Assembly (NCBI GenBank): GCA_025201805.1
Contig: MU619258.1
Location: 1 to 64,000, forward strand
Source of the DNA: Parasitella parasitica NRRL 2501
Taxonomy: Eukaryota; Fungi; Mucoromycota
Reading direction: 5' to 3'
Length of the DNA stretch: 64,000 nt
Below are positions 22,416 to 36,340 of this stretch, piece by piece (the first letter of the stretch is position 1; the number at the start of each line of letters is the position of its first letter). The position numbers and the translations under genes were made by a program. Below the pieces are notes generated by a model. That model did not search any database. It was not told the DNA's origin and saw only the letters and a program-made list of their open reading frames with translations.

Positions 22416-24014
22416 TTACAAAGAAATAAATGCAACAATAAACACTAGAATCAAAGGTGGAAACTGTACTAATGTAAATGTGAATGGGCTGCTGATGTTT
22501 GGTGCTTGGTTCAATGATTGGCCATATATCCAAAACGGAGTACTATCGTTTGGATGACTGAAAAGGATGTTGACTAGAGTTTTTTGTTCTATTTTAGCCT
22601 TGACCTTGTAGCCAGTATTAATTGAATTGTCTATTACGGTCTTATTTTCGTTATAAAATGACCCAGTGTTGTGTATGGTAAAATCTTCTGAAATCAGCGA
22701 AGAAACTCGCTTGATGTAGCTTATCAATTGAGGGGGGGTATAATTGGCTTGCGACAGAAAAATCGCCATAGTGCCAGCAACATCTAATGCAAGAATAAAT
22801 ATATGTTTGTGTATACATTCGAGGGTGAATACGTACGAGGTGCTGCCATTGATGTGCCTGTGAGAGTATGGGTAGCTGTTGATGATGTAGACCAAATCGA
22901 TTTGATGTTAGATCCAGGAGCAAATATGTCGACGCATTTTCCGAAATTTGAGTAATAAGAGACTGAATCATCTTGATCTATAGCGCCCACAGTCATAGCA
23001 CCTGGTGTTGATCCAGGGCTATATTTGCAAGCATCTTCGCCGTAGTTTCCTGCTGCAATGACAAAGTGAATTCCTAGTGCAATAGCTTCTTGAATAGCAT
23101 CGTTAGTAGCTTGACTGTAAATTGCACCTAGTGATAAGCTAATACAATCTTTTTTTTTTAATAAATGAGCCAAACAAAGATGATAGTATTTTTTTTTTTT
23201 ACTTGACAATGCTTTTCGCATTTGGCTTTGCTTTGTGTTCTTTTACAATCCATTCTAATCCAACCAGGACGTCTGAAAGATGCCCATTGCCATGACTGTC
23301 TAGGGTTTTCACAGACACGATTTCCGCCTTCTTTGCGACCCCGTATGTCGTTCCACAACAAACGCCAGCAACAAAGGTACCATGGCCATTTGGATCTGAT
23401 GGGTCATTTGAATCGCCTACAACAGTTTTACCTATTCGTAATCTACCGGCAATGTCTTTGTGATCTTGGCGTATTCCAGAGTCCATCAGATATATAGTAA
23501 CACCTTGGCCTTGATCAGTCGCAAATGAATAACGCCCATCAGTGCCCTGGCGCTGATCAATTCGATCAAGACCCCAGCTGGGTGGATTTGTCTGTATAAA
23601 TTCCTGCAATGAAAACGTAGCATCTTTTACATAATAATGAACAGCATTGCTTTCGTCTGTATTGAACGTGATATTGTCAATGGTCATCGTTGTGTTTGTG
23701 TTCAACATTTTTTCTATGGCCTCTGTACGAAATTGAGCAGAGTACCATTTGAATTTTCCAATGCTATTATAGCTACTTGACGTAGTATTTCTAATGGCTG
23801 ATGATAATGTAATGGTTTTGTTGACATCGACTTGATGTAATTGCATCTGCTGGATTTGATTGCTGATTTTGATGGGATTGATGTCTGGCTTAAATATTAT
23901 AATGTAATTGCTGGAATCTATTAGCTTTGGTTGCGCTGGTCCTGCATCTCCTTGAGCAAGAATTATACTGGGAAATACCCACAAAGCAAGGCAAGCAAAA
24001 TGTAGTATAAACAT
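22416..24014 (-). CDS. Subtilisin/proteinase K-like S8 serine protease with C-terminal hydrophobic tail
   Basis: Signal peptide, SWGLDRIDQR, catalytic D (YLMDSG), H (NGHGTFVAG), oxyanion N (AAGN) and S (GTSMAAP). Two introns. Confidence 0.93.
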
Positions 24015-24422
24015 GCAGAAAAAAGATACAGCTGAAATCAAGTTTTTCAAACACAAAATGAATTCATTGTCGTACAAGGCAAATGGCAAATATTTATAAA
24101 CTTTGAATTAAAAGCTCATGTCGCACATTGTAAAACCAAACGTGTATTCTGCTTTGAGCTTTTTTGCTACTGCCAGAATCTATCACATTGCTACACCAAT
24201 GTGATTAGTTGCTGGTCATCTACTGAACGTGGTAATTGAGTCAATGTGAAACACCCCTAGTTACGTTGCGTGTTCATGAATCGAAAAGTATGTATCTGTT
24301 TTGAACTTATTTTTATGCTAAAAAATATCATATTTACAAACAGTAGGATATGCGCGGTGTAGCAATATATACAGTCTATATGCATCTCGCTTGTTTATTT
24401 CATGTATCAGTAAGCCGAAATT

Positions 24423-27400
24423 TTACACGCCTGAGGCTGGCCCATCATCTTCAGATCGATTGCGTTCAGCAAGCACATTTTCCAGCAATGTAAGGCGACG
24501 AAGTCTCTTTAGATTTAGCCAAGCAGGTAAATACAAATGGTGCTTGGTTTCCCGAGGGCCTGGAATCTCGTATGGAACAGTTGTTTCGTCTATAGATACA
24601 GAATCCAATAATAAAACATCACTCTTGTCGCCGCTAACTACACGTGTAGCCACTGCTTTAAGTATGACAGGATTAATTGGATCTTCATAGTCTGCAACAT
24701 GATATTGCGAAATCAATCTCTGAATTTGCGTAGGCGAAAGAATCCAGCAGACATCGTAAATATTCTCAATGTCCTCTAACGAGGCTTTTTTGAATTGGAG
24801 CAATTTGGTCGCTTGCATTAAATGCTCCAGCTGAAGTGTTCCCTCTGGAATACCGTGGCTTTTACACCATTCCTCTATACGTGTAATGTTGTACTGGATC
24901 TGCATGGCTGTTGCAAATGTTAGGATAGGCTAATGATGATATGTTACGGAGCATTACCTCGTTTCCATGTTGAAAAGTTCTTTCTCATCAGCAAATCATT
25001 GAATGCCGTGACGCCTGTCATTTTCAAAATCTCGGTCAGGACTTGATGCACGATCGATTGTTCCATGAAATAACAGCTCATAGTACGATAGACCTTGTTT
25101 AGAAAGTTGAGCAGGTCATCCATGCTAAATGCTGGGCCTGTGTTTCCCAATAACAGTTTGTTGAAGAATCTTCCCGAGTCATTGGTGATGAAGCCAGGGA
25201 GCGACTGACTTTCTACAACAGCAGCTACAACCATTTTGCTGTATTTCTTTTTTATTTCTCTCATCCATGCGTGGAAGATGTTGTCCTCCAAGCACTGCAA
25301 CTCATACTTGATATTTTGGAGCAGGTTTTCAAATTCCCTCCATCCGATTGAGTGGCCTCTTGCCTTCATCTCTGCTTCAATGCGACTTTCTGCCTGAACT
25401 GCAAGTGACAGCAGTTCGTGCACATTAGATAGCCAAAAAGCGCAGGGAATAACGGCATCTTCACCGGTATAACTCAAGCATTGCTTAGTGATGGTATCCA
25501 TCACAGAGAAGAGCAGATTTTCAGATTCGCGGTTGTAACCAATTCTCCACATATCATTAACGCACATGCTAATGAGATGGGCAGGAAACATTACTTCTTT
25601 ATGGGAAGGAGAGTTCTTTTCGCTCGGCATGGGTAGTTTGAGAGACTTGATCAGGCCCTCCAGCACTTCTTCTTGCAAATGTTCTTCTTGCCGCAAGATA
25701 GTATTGATCTCCTCTTCGGGATTATCGGAAATCACATCTAGATGGCCGCTCTTACCTCCAGCAATTGTATTCGATTGGCCAACGGATGTAGGACGAGGGT
25801 TCATACTATCCAACCCTTCTAGTGTACATATTTGATTAACAGATCTCTTGGAAACATCACTAGTGACCTCTGCCGAACTATTACGACGTATCTTCCTATT
25901 TGTCAAAGTATTGGTATGTGCTAAAGGTTTGATGCTATCTTGCGCTTCGTCTTCTGCAGTCTTCCGAGAAAGCTGACGACGAGTATTAGACGATGGGGAC
26001 ATGGTTCTACTACTGCTTGGCTTGGGGGCAGGAATCGAGCCTTGTCGTGTGTGTATTGCTTTGGCTAATTGGGCTTTCAATGCAACGATTTGAGACTTGA
26101 GATCAGTAACTTCTTTGTCGGTTGAGCCGTCAGCGTCTTTGTTTGCTAATTCTAACACAGTGTTCTTTTCCTTTTCACTTTGCAGATCCTTTTGTAATTG
26201 CTCTACTTGAATAGACAAGGTCGCATTCTTCTGTAATGCGGCGTCCCTTTCACTAGTAATTGTATCCAGTTTTGCGCTCAATGTGCTGAATTCTAGGCGA
26301 GGTACTGTATCTTGCGCTCTCAATTCAGATTCTTCCGCTAGTTTTGCATATTTATCATGCCATTGATGAATCTGCATCTCGAGTTGTGATGTTGTCTTTG
26401 TCAATACTTTTTTTTCAGACTCCAATGCAGAAACAGCTTGGTTCAACTCAACCACCTTGTTCTCCAGCTTGTATGAAACTTCCTTGAAATGATTTGCAGA
26501 CTTGGCTTCGGTTCTCAAGTGGAGCAACTGTTTGCGAGCAAAACGATGTCGAACAAAGGATTGTAAGTAAACCACAAACTGGATTTGCGCCTTGTACCAT
26601 TTTCGAGCGAGAAAACCACGCACAAGCTTTTGAATTAGGATTGCTGCATTGTGCTCTCGCAATTTCTGATACTCTTGGCGTGCCTTGCGTCGACGCACGA
26701 GTTTTTGGAGTTTTATGACAAAACTTTTCTTTTCCAAATACTGCTTGCGAGCTTCATATCTTTTAAAGTTCTTTTGAATGATGATGGCCGCCTTCTCTTC
26801 TTGAAGCTTTCTGAGCTGATTCTTGGCGTTCAACATACGAGCAAGAGATTGTAATCTGATGGCCATACCCTTCATTCTTAAATAGCGATGATGATAAACG
26901 AATCTACGAATGTTCTTTTGGAGCACTGTAGCACAAGCATCAAATCGATCAGATCGAAGCTTTTCCAAGTAGGCCAGCTGACCAGCACGGAAAAAGATCT
27001 TGGTTTCGCCTGTTTGATACCTATCCATGTCCGTAATACAACCATCTAATATCACTTGGCATAGTTCCTTGACATTTGGATTTGCCTTTGGATCCCAATA
27101 ACTAGATGGCACGAGAGCATAGTATCTATCAGCAAATTCCTCATACGTCCAGCGAGAAGGATAGCCTAAACAGCTGATGCGAATCGTCTCTAATACACCA
27201 CAGGCACGTAGTTGAGCCAACACCATGGGCGGCTCAAATTCCCAAGCGACTTTTGCTTCATTTGGCTTAATACAGCGAATATAGTGCACATTTGTATTTC
27301 CAATCGTATCCATTAGACTGATAAGTGAGTGCTTGAAAATAGAGCCTAGCGTTGGTTTTCTGCTGATCATGCTCTTTCTTTTACTTTCGGTCAAAGCAAC

Positions 27401-29623
27401 CTGATTTGCTGCTTCAGTTGGTTTAGCTAAAACTTGGTGGAGAAAAGTGAATTCAGACTTGTTTAATAATTCAAGATGCTCATCAGGCACTGAATCCTTG
27501 TTCTTTTCCAAGAAATTTTCAGCCTCGTATTGCACATCATGTGCATAATGAGAAATTGTAAAGGCTGCACTTGAGAATCGCGGCTTTTTGAAATGATTCT
27601 TGTATTCTGGCGTACCAAAGTTGTCGTATAGCTTCTGACAAAACGCATCGTCTGTACCAGCAGGTAGACGGGACTCCTATTAGTTGTAGATTAGGAATCA
27701 TTGTTGACCTCTTCAGCTACAGCATACGAACCTCATCTAATAACGCTAAAACGCCCAATTTACCTTCAATCATCTCTATGCATTTCTGATTATCACTGAA
27801 TTCGATAAATGTCCAGTTGATCTTTTCCCGCATATACTCTTCTTGCTCTAATTTGAATACATGCTGATTAAACTGCTGTTGTAGCTTTTCATTGGCATAG
27901 TTGATACAGAACTGTTCAAACGAATTCTTCTTGAAATGCTCGAAGCCGTAAATATCCAACACGCCAATAAAATTCTTGAGCTTCTCCGTATCAGGGCAAG
28001 ATAAACTATCATTGATAACACCCACAAGCCAATCAAAGAGATTGGAATAAATATACTTTGCCACGGAATCCTTGACTACATGGGCTTGAGTTGGATTCAA
28101 ATTCGTAACAATCTTTTCAGAGCGGGTGATAATCTGCTTTCTGACAATCCATTTTCTAAACTCCATTGAGTTTATTCCCAACAACCGGGTGGCGACCTGC
28201 AATGCTTCATCTGTATCTGACACTATAGCATCGCCCCTGCCAGTTACCTTGATATTCCCAATGTGTAACAAAGAAGCCAGTACTCTGAATATCTTCCATT
28301 GCAGGTCCACAGATAATCCGACAATTGACAATGCCTTTTGGGTACTCTGGAATTCATCTGCATCATCCACGCCTGGGATTTCTCCAGTACCGCTTTGGTT
28401 CAAATAATGAAATTCAGAATAATTGCCCAACTCGAAATCCGACTTTTCTTTGGCAGGGACACCAGCGCATAGCTAAATGGACGCACATCAGTAAATGAAG
28501 ACCAAGCTGATAAATAATCATATACACCATGTATATATATACATACCTGATAAAATATGTGATAATTTCGCTCAGTTTCAGGCTGAAATATTAATCGTGA
28601 TCTCTCCAATAAATACGTCTTTATCTTTGCACCGATGATATTTGCATCCGCATCAAATTGAATTTCTATATATTTACCAAACCGTGAACTGTTATCGTTA
28701 CGAGTCGTTTTTGCATTACCAAATGCTTCCATAATAGGGTTTGTTGCTGTATAAAAAAAAAAAAAAAGGTACTGAATATCATCATGCTGTGCGACATTCA
28801 TTTGATCGATTGTTACCCAATATTTGCTCCTCCACTTCTGTCATGGACCCGTCTGATTTTTTCTTTTTTTTCCCTGTTGATTCCTGATCATCTGCAGTCG
28901 CAAAATAACGCATGATAAATTTTGCGCTCACTGTTTTGCCAGCACCACTGTTTTTCACAGTCTGATATTAAACACCCTCTCACTGAATACTCTCATTTGA
29001 CGACCTACCTTTCGCCGGATACGACAATAGTCTGGTTTAATTGCTCTCTAATCATACAGCGATACGACTCTTCTGCAATGGCAAACAAATGCGGCTCTAG
29101 TTCGCCACGCCTTTTTCCAGAATACTGCTGGATGATATCAGGTTCGTAAAGAGATACACGATCAAACGGATTCACAGCGATCAAGACAATTCCGGAATAG
29201 GTGTAGATCAGATGCTGCATGTATCTTGTTCGAATAGTGTTTAGTACTGATAAAATTTGGATGCATTAGTCGACTACTAGTCTGACAGTGGGTTGCTACA
29301 CGTTGCGCATTACCTGCAGCCTCATTCAGGTAACTCAGATTTGTGAGATCATCCGTGTATTCCATTTTTGGTGGATTTCTGAGCGGTGGTAAAGTGGAAC
29401 CATTTGTCTTACTGATGGCAGCAATGGTTGATTCAAATACATGCTTTTTTCCGTCGCTGTCGTCTTCAAATGTAATAGTAATTGTATCGTTTTCGACATG
29501 ATTCGCTATACATGATGCTGAGATCCATCCTTCTTCTTTATCGGGGAACCAAGCTTTTGTTCCTTTTGTGTAAGCCTGAATAGCTTGCCTTGGGTCAAAG
29601 CCTGCCTCTTGCTCTTTTGACAT
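24423..29623 (-). CDS. MYO2: Class V myosin
   Basis: [12 protein letters not shown]-loop SGESGAGKT (split by an intron), [23 protein letters not shown] repeats, coiled coil and DIL cargo domain. Confidence 0.96.
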
Positions 29624-30012
29624 GTTGAATGAAAACAGAAAAGAGAGAGAGAAAAAAAAAAAAAAGGGTAATTTCAATCCAAGGACCCTTTTAACCCCCC
29701 TCCCCCCCTCCCCCCAAACAGGTAAAGATCCAAGAAATGTAGAGCGGTGATTTTGATATGTGCGAACCACTCAATTCGCCGAGATACTGATAATGAGACA
29801 GTGCTGGCTTGAGTTTTGAGCTGTAGCCATTTGCTGTCATCTTGCAATGGCTATACGGTACCCAACGGGAAAAGCATTCATGTGGCAGCTGGCATTTGCA
29901 GTCTGTGCAAGTGTACAGTGCTCATCTCCGCAAGATGACGTGTTGGTGGTCATTGTATGAAGCCACCCACACTGGATGGAAGAGGGATCAGTTCTTTTTT
30001 CAGCAAGCAAAC

Positions 30013-31123
30013 ATGAGTATCGCACAGGTAAATTTCGCACAAGGAATCAGTGCTGGGAAACATGTTTTCAACTTGTTTCTGATAGTGGTATTTTACAAAG
30101 GAGGAAATACAAGATACACCTACTATTCTTGACGGCAAATCGTTCGAACAGGAGCAAATTGACCGTATAAAGGGCTGCCATTATCTACTATCTGTTGGCG
30201 CAAAGCTAAATCTGTAATATACACTCTCAACATTGCACAACGTCGCAGCATGGTATTAATGGTAGAATATTTATATATATATAGGCCACAGCTAGTGGTA
30301 GTTACGGCAACCACCTATTTTCACAGGTTTTTCATGCGGCAGTCCATGGTTCGATACCACGTCTATGTGCGTAGGTCTACCATACCACTACAGCGCCTGT
30401 ATTAAGTAAATGTTATAGGACATTGCTGCAACTTGTCTGTTTGTTGCAACCAAAGTAGAAGAGTGCACGCGAAGATTACGGGACATCGTTGTAGCATGTG
30501 CCCAAAAGGGTCAGAAGAACGACAAATTAAAGCTGGAAGAAGATTCAAAAGTAAGAGGCCAAACACATTGCAGCTTCTAAAGGGAATCTAATGCCATACA
30601 GGATTTTATTCGTTGGAAAGAAACTTTACTGTATAATGAACTCATTGTTTTAGATACCCTTTGCTTTGATTTATCAGTAGAGCATCCACATTTAAGCCTA
30701 CTTGAATTTGAAAATCAATTGACCGGACAAGTGTCTTCATCTTCAATACGGAAAGCATGGATGCTGCTGTACCAAAGCTTAGGTGCTCCATTATGCCTGC
30801 TATACAGACCAAAGGTAGTTGCTGCTGCTGCTCTCTTATTAGCAACAAGTCTCTCCTCTACAGACAAATTGAAGGAAAACTGGTTTGAATCACTAATTGA
30901 CATTGACATTGGCCAAGTCTATGGTAAGTTTTTTTTTTTTTTTCTTTCTTTTTCTTGTCTCTTTTTCCCTATGGGTTCCTTGTATTCACACCATCAAAAT
31001 GTAGAATTAGCTGTGGAAATGCTGGAGCATTATAGAGAGCACTATCTAGTAAAATCCTCTGCTGCGACTTCACAAGCTAATTCTCCACATCCATCACAAT
31101 TACAACATACAAACGGCTTTTAA
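30013..31123 (+). CDS. Transcriptional cyclin (cyclin T/K, Pch1/Ctk2-like), multi-exon
   Basis: Exons read MSIAQ|WYFTKEEIQDTP, TATTYFHRFFMRQS, DIAATCLFVATKVEE and TLCFDLSVEHPH. Largely missed by the ORF track. Confidence 0.88.
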
Positions 31124-31360
31124 GTAGGCAATATTTCATTTTGCTATACAAATATGCATTTTTTTTTATTAATTATACTATCACTACATGTACTATAAAC
31201 AACAATAACTCTCTAATGAATTTAATACTTGTCTTGACCAAAGATTCATCTTAAAAGTGGTTCAGAGTTATTGGCTCAAAGTCCAAGTAGTAGAAACACG
31301 TTACCGCATAATATTGAGTCCAAATACAGTTTTAACAAAAAAAAAAAAAAAAAAAATGGG

Positions 31361-31401
<41 letters not shown>

Positions 31402-31444
31402 CTGGTCTATCAGTTGAAAGCTTTACAGACTTTATTACGTGTGG

Positions 31445-34400
31445 TCAAGACATAATGATGCTACCAGTTGACTTTGAAGACACAATGGATAGTCTTTTAC
31501 GGCCATGTGTTGTTTTTCCTTTGCTTGCCTTGGGGATATTCGTCTCTGGAACACCTAATTCAATGGCATGTTGAATGGCAAGATTAAGTCTCTATACAAC
31601 AAGAAGCGAATCAGAATTGCAATGTTGCGGCAAACAAAACGGTTGCACTTACTGTTGCAAGTCTATACTCGAAATCATAGCTCGAGAAACTTAGCGTGGA
31701 TTCCCAAAGCGATCTTGCTCGTTTATATTCTTCTGTACCCCAGCAAACATTGCCAGATTCCCTACAATTTCCATCAGCCAATGCTTCTTTAACTGCCCCA
31801 CAGGCAACGCTTACCAATATGCGAACGGTACAATCCAATTTGTATGCTTGAATTTTTCCTTATTGTCAATGATCCAATTGAGATGCACAATACCTTCTGT
31901 GAATTTATTGAGAGCATTCAGCACGCCCGCCTTCATCAAAAGAAGAGTGCCACGTTGATCATAGTAGTCAGGAGTAGCTGTATTTGGCACAAGCTCCACA
32001 GTCCGAATATCATATTCCAATCTCTCGCGTTCATATATGTTTTCCAACGTAGCTTCGATAGTTTCCAGGCATTTTTCAAGTGCCTCTGGAGCCATGCAAT
32101 GAAACGCATTCCAGGTATACAAAATTTCCAGAGCGGGCAGACTGAAATCAAGATCTTGATAGCCACTGATTTCAAAAAAGGCGACCCTGTTCACTAAATA
32201 CAGCTCGGTTTGAGATTTTCTCTTTTTATCGACGAGTCCAGGTGCCTCAGCAAAGGCAAGGATCGTCTCAGTTCGATTACCCAGCATCTCCATGCAAGCC
32301 CCATAAAAGTATTTCAGAAACGCAGGTGAATTGTACTTTGACTGCAATTCCAAGGCACGAACAGCGGCACTAGCCCAATCCAAGCCCATGGCAGAATTAA
32401 AAGCAATTTCAAATGATGCTAAATGGCCAATAGTCGTTTCTGCCCAATCACCTTGACTCACTTCAAATGTATAAACAAATGACTGTGTCGAAAGTGGCAA
32501 ATTTCTTGCTAACCGGGATACTCTGCCAGCAAAGTACAAGAAAAACGCAGAATTGGGATAGCTCTGCTGGGCATCCAGCAGACATTCAATGGCAGGCTGT
32601 ATAAGCTCTCTTGTGAGCACTTGCGGGGCAAAAGACGTCAAGATTACATAGTAGGATAATAGCCTATGATATGCATCATTTTAGCCCACTACTATACACT
32701 GTTGACGTCTAATAGCAACTTACATTAATGAGGCGAGTGGCGACCGAATACGCTTTCCCTCCAAGCACAGTTTAAGCAATGCGAATCCAAGATGCTTATC
32801 GGCCGTCCATCCAAACGCAGAGACGATTTTCAGGATTTTGGGCGGTAGCGAAGATAGCAGTAAATGAACAGAACCGATACCAAATTGTATAGCTGAAATT
32901 GTATCCTGATCCATGTATTTGTTAAAGTTTTGTCCCATGCGTTTGTATTCCTGCCAAACAAGGCTGTAGCTACTATATGCTCTGCGAAGGTTTAATCCAG
33001 CCTTGAGGTATCCTACAACGGTTTCCATAGAAAGGTATATAATGGCCATCAACAGACTGCATTCTGCTTTAATGACATGGGCACGGAGAGCGCCGTTCGA
33101 CATGAACTGCAAATCCTGAAGTTCGTATTTACTCAACGCACTAGTATTAGTTGGCAGATGTGTTGAATTGGACCCCATCAAATTGGTGATGTAGTGCGAT
33201 ACAGTATCTTTCAAAGGCTTTTTTGCTGAAGCTGCTTCGATTTGTGCGCTAGCGAAAAGATATGTTTCTGTTAGGTAAGCCAAAGCGGATTCAACATCTT
33301 TGGGGTTATAAGTCTAAATACAATGTTAGTACATACTGGTCGACATTGTCGTGCTATACACTTACTGTAATTGCTAATTTCATCGACAAAAGACATGGAC
33401 TTTGTGTTAGTATCAAATATGCATCTTTTTGGAAATCTTTACCCACCTTTGATAAACGCCATCGATCCAAGACCTAAAGCGTACAAAGGATCCCTAGAGT
33501 ATACAGTAAATTATTCACATGCACACAAACATATAAACCCTTCTCTCCCTCCCTCCCCCCGCCCCCCGCCCCGCCAGACTTCACATACTCTTTAGCCTTT
33601 TTCGCAAAGATTGCTTTCGCTTCTGAGAATTTGTTATTGAAAAAGCAATTCATACCACCCAGCATGTCCTCGTCTATGCAGCTACTTAGTATAAACAGCA
33701 TACTCGCCTGCTCAGTCATCCTTACCGAATTTTTCTTGCGCTCTGGGAGTTAAATGATTAGGCCTGACTGTGCTAAAATCGATTTTGGACAGAGGGATAG
33801 TGTTTGTGGTGGGTTTAGCTAGTGCAGCGGTAGTATTGCCACTAGTGCTGTTAGTAGAGGTTGGAATCTGTAAACTTTCTGAGCTTGTAGGGTGTAAATC
33901 ATCGTCATCTTTATTTTCATTCTGGCCATCTAGTTCGGCAGACAACATGGAGGGAGGAGGTAAACCAGGCGTAGGAGGAGTGACAAAATCTGCCATATTC
34001 TGACCGGCAGGCACATCAATAGAGTTGCGGATTTGTTCAAAGTGGGTAGAAATCTTGAGATCAGACACTGAAACCGCTTTTGGACGAGGAGAATCTGGCT
34101 CGCTAGCAGCATGTATGCCCTCTTGTTCTCTCTGTGCATCAGCTAATGAAACATCAGCCATTGCTTTGTCCTCTTCTTTCGGTGGACGTGGTCCTATACC
34201 GTCAGGCATTGCGTCAACCACTTTATCAGTTTGCTCCTCATTCTGGAACACAAGAGGCTCTTGTTTTGGGAGATTAGTCAATACAGCCCCTTGGAGAGCA
34301 GTAATCACGTTGGTCAAGTCTTGAGCGGTCTTTTTGTTGGTGCCGTCCTCGGCATCAGAAAACTCTTCTTGGCTGACTGACAAAGTGGCAGCTTCATCTT

Positions 34401-34518
34401 GCCTATTGATTTCCTCGACGATACCAATAGCAGCAGCATCTTGCAAAGTGCTTGGTAGCGTGAGTTGCGTAGATGGTTTATCTACTGCTTGAGATTGCTT
34501 ATTGTCAGCTATACTCAT
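31445..34518 (-). CDS. IML2/TTC39 (DUF3808) family TPR-like protein
   Basis: GMNCFFNNKFSEA, AECSLLMA, KAGLNLRRAY, LLLSSLPPKILKIVSAFG, YPNSAFFLYFAGR and YDFEYRL. Multi-exon. Confidence 0.82.
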
Positions 34519-36340
34519 GTGTGGAGGAAAATAGTCTTCTTATCGTGTGGAAGGATGAAAAGAGGGACGAGTGTTCGAAACAAGAAGGTTATTTAAATAA
34601 GGTGATGTCTAGCTTTGTTGATTGGGCAGTGTGATTGTATCACAAGCATTGACTACATGATACTGTACTGTGTATAATTTGTCAATGTCCGCGCCGTGGT
34701 GGTGGTTGGTTTACGATCCCAAAAGATGTGCTTATTTTCCTTTTCGCCTTCGAATTGAAATCGACTACTTGTCACTACTTATGGAAAAAAAAAACGTCAA
34801 CAAACCTGACCATGACATGGATTTATAAAGAGATTTGATTTGCATAGTAAAGAAAAAGCTAGGGCCTTCTCTGCCAGGTTCCTCTCGCATCTGGAGTACA
34901 TCACAAAGGCCTTATGCGGTTACTAAGCCCATTTGTTCCAAGGCACCAGAAAACAGGGAACCAAAAAGACAGACAAACCCCCAAGACGATAAAGCAGAAT
35001 TATTTCCAAATATCAATATACCTGGTCATATAAATTAAGCATCAAGATCTAAGATTCCAATTTGTATGTACAAGACCAAGACCAACCCAAATAGATCATT
35101 GGACAGTGAGATGCACATCCCAGGAGAGACTACTGTACATTCTAAAGTGCGTCAATGGAGAATGGGAGAGTAAAGGCCAACCTAATTTTAGAGCCAAAAA
35201 GTGGGTCTCCTCTTGTCCTTAGAGCTAAAAAAATTTCGCAACAAATCATTGATAATACGCAAAACAAAATAAAGACTTGTTCAGAATGTGTGAGGATTTT
35301 GTTTAATAGATAAAAGCCTTTAATCACCACAGCTCAGAGTACCAAACTTCTTTGCTGTACAAGCCTACATTATCTCAACTCTTCTGTACAGTTTTGTGTG
35401 TATGAATCAATACAATTGCATCTTCACCTAAGCTTTGGGTATGTACCTGCAAAGTATACAAGTAAAGCCGTTTATTCTTTTTGAATTCAAACGCTAAACA
35501 AGTACATATGTATAGCTATCATCCATATGTCCACATGGCCATGAATCAAAGGGAAAAAAACTTTTGCCAATACATAAATGAGAGTGTTTGTCTCCCAGGT
35601 TGCTCGCCCTCTCATACAACCTCGCAACCAAACATGCATGCAGTATTTAATGCGTTGCTATCTTACAACAATCAGAAAATATAGTTGTAGAAGAAATAAG
35701 AGGAGCTGATAATCAAGTAGCAGCTAATTGCACATATATCAGGGTACTGGGGGCAAAATTGACAGCAGAAAAATTCCATGTCTGGCAAAAACCCATAATT
35801 ACCAACTTCAACAACCAACTCCAACAATGGCTCCACGTCTATACAAGTGAAAGTGAATTTGCAGAACAGGCTTTGTTTCCTCTGGTGTTACCTTTCTTTT
35901 TTTTTTTTTTTTTTTTTTTCAAACCAAAAGTATGTATTGCATAAACTTACCTGGATCAGCTCTGCTCCCTAACAACACCGTAGAAATAACCACAATGGCT
36001 CCTGTAATGCCAATAATTGCCGCACAAACCAAAGTACGAAATCTCAAAGCAAGTACCTTGAATTTGCAGTAGTTGATAAATATATATATTAATTATCAAG
36101 GGTGAATCTTACTATATATCCTTCACACAATAGGTATGGCAAGACTATGCTCTGTCACTCATTATATAAACCTGACTTGTTAATCTCCCAAACACTTCGT
36201 GAGAATACTGGATGATGGCTGATTCTGACTATAGCGTCTTTTATCTCACGAAAATCAAGTGTTGCACAATTTCAAATTACAGTGACACTAGACATGTTTT
36301 TGAGCGACTGTGATTATGATGCAGCATTACATACAATATA

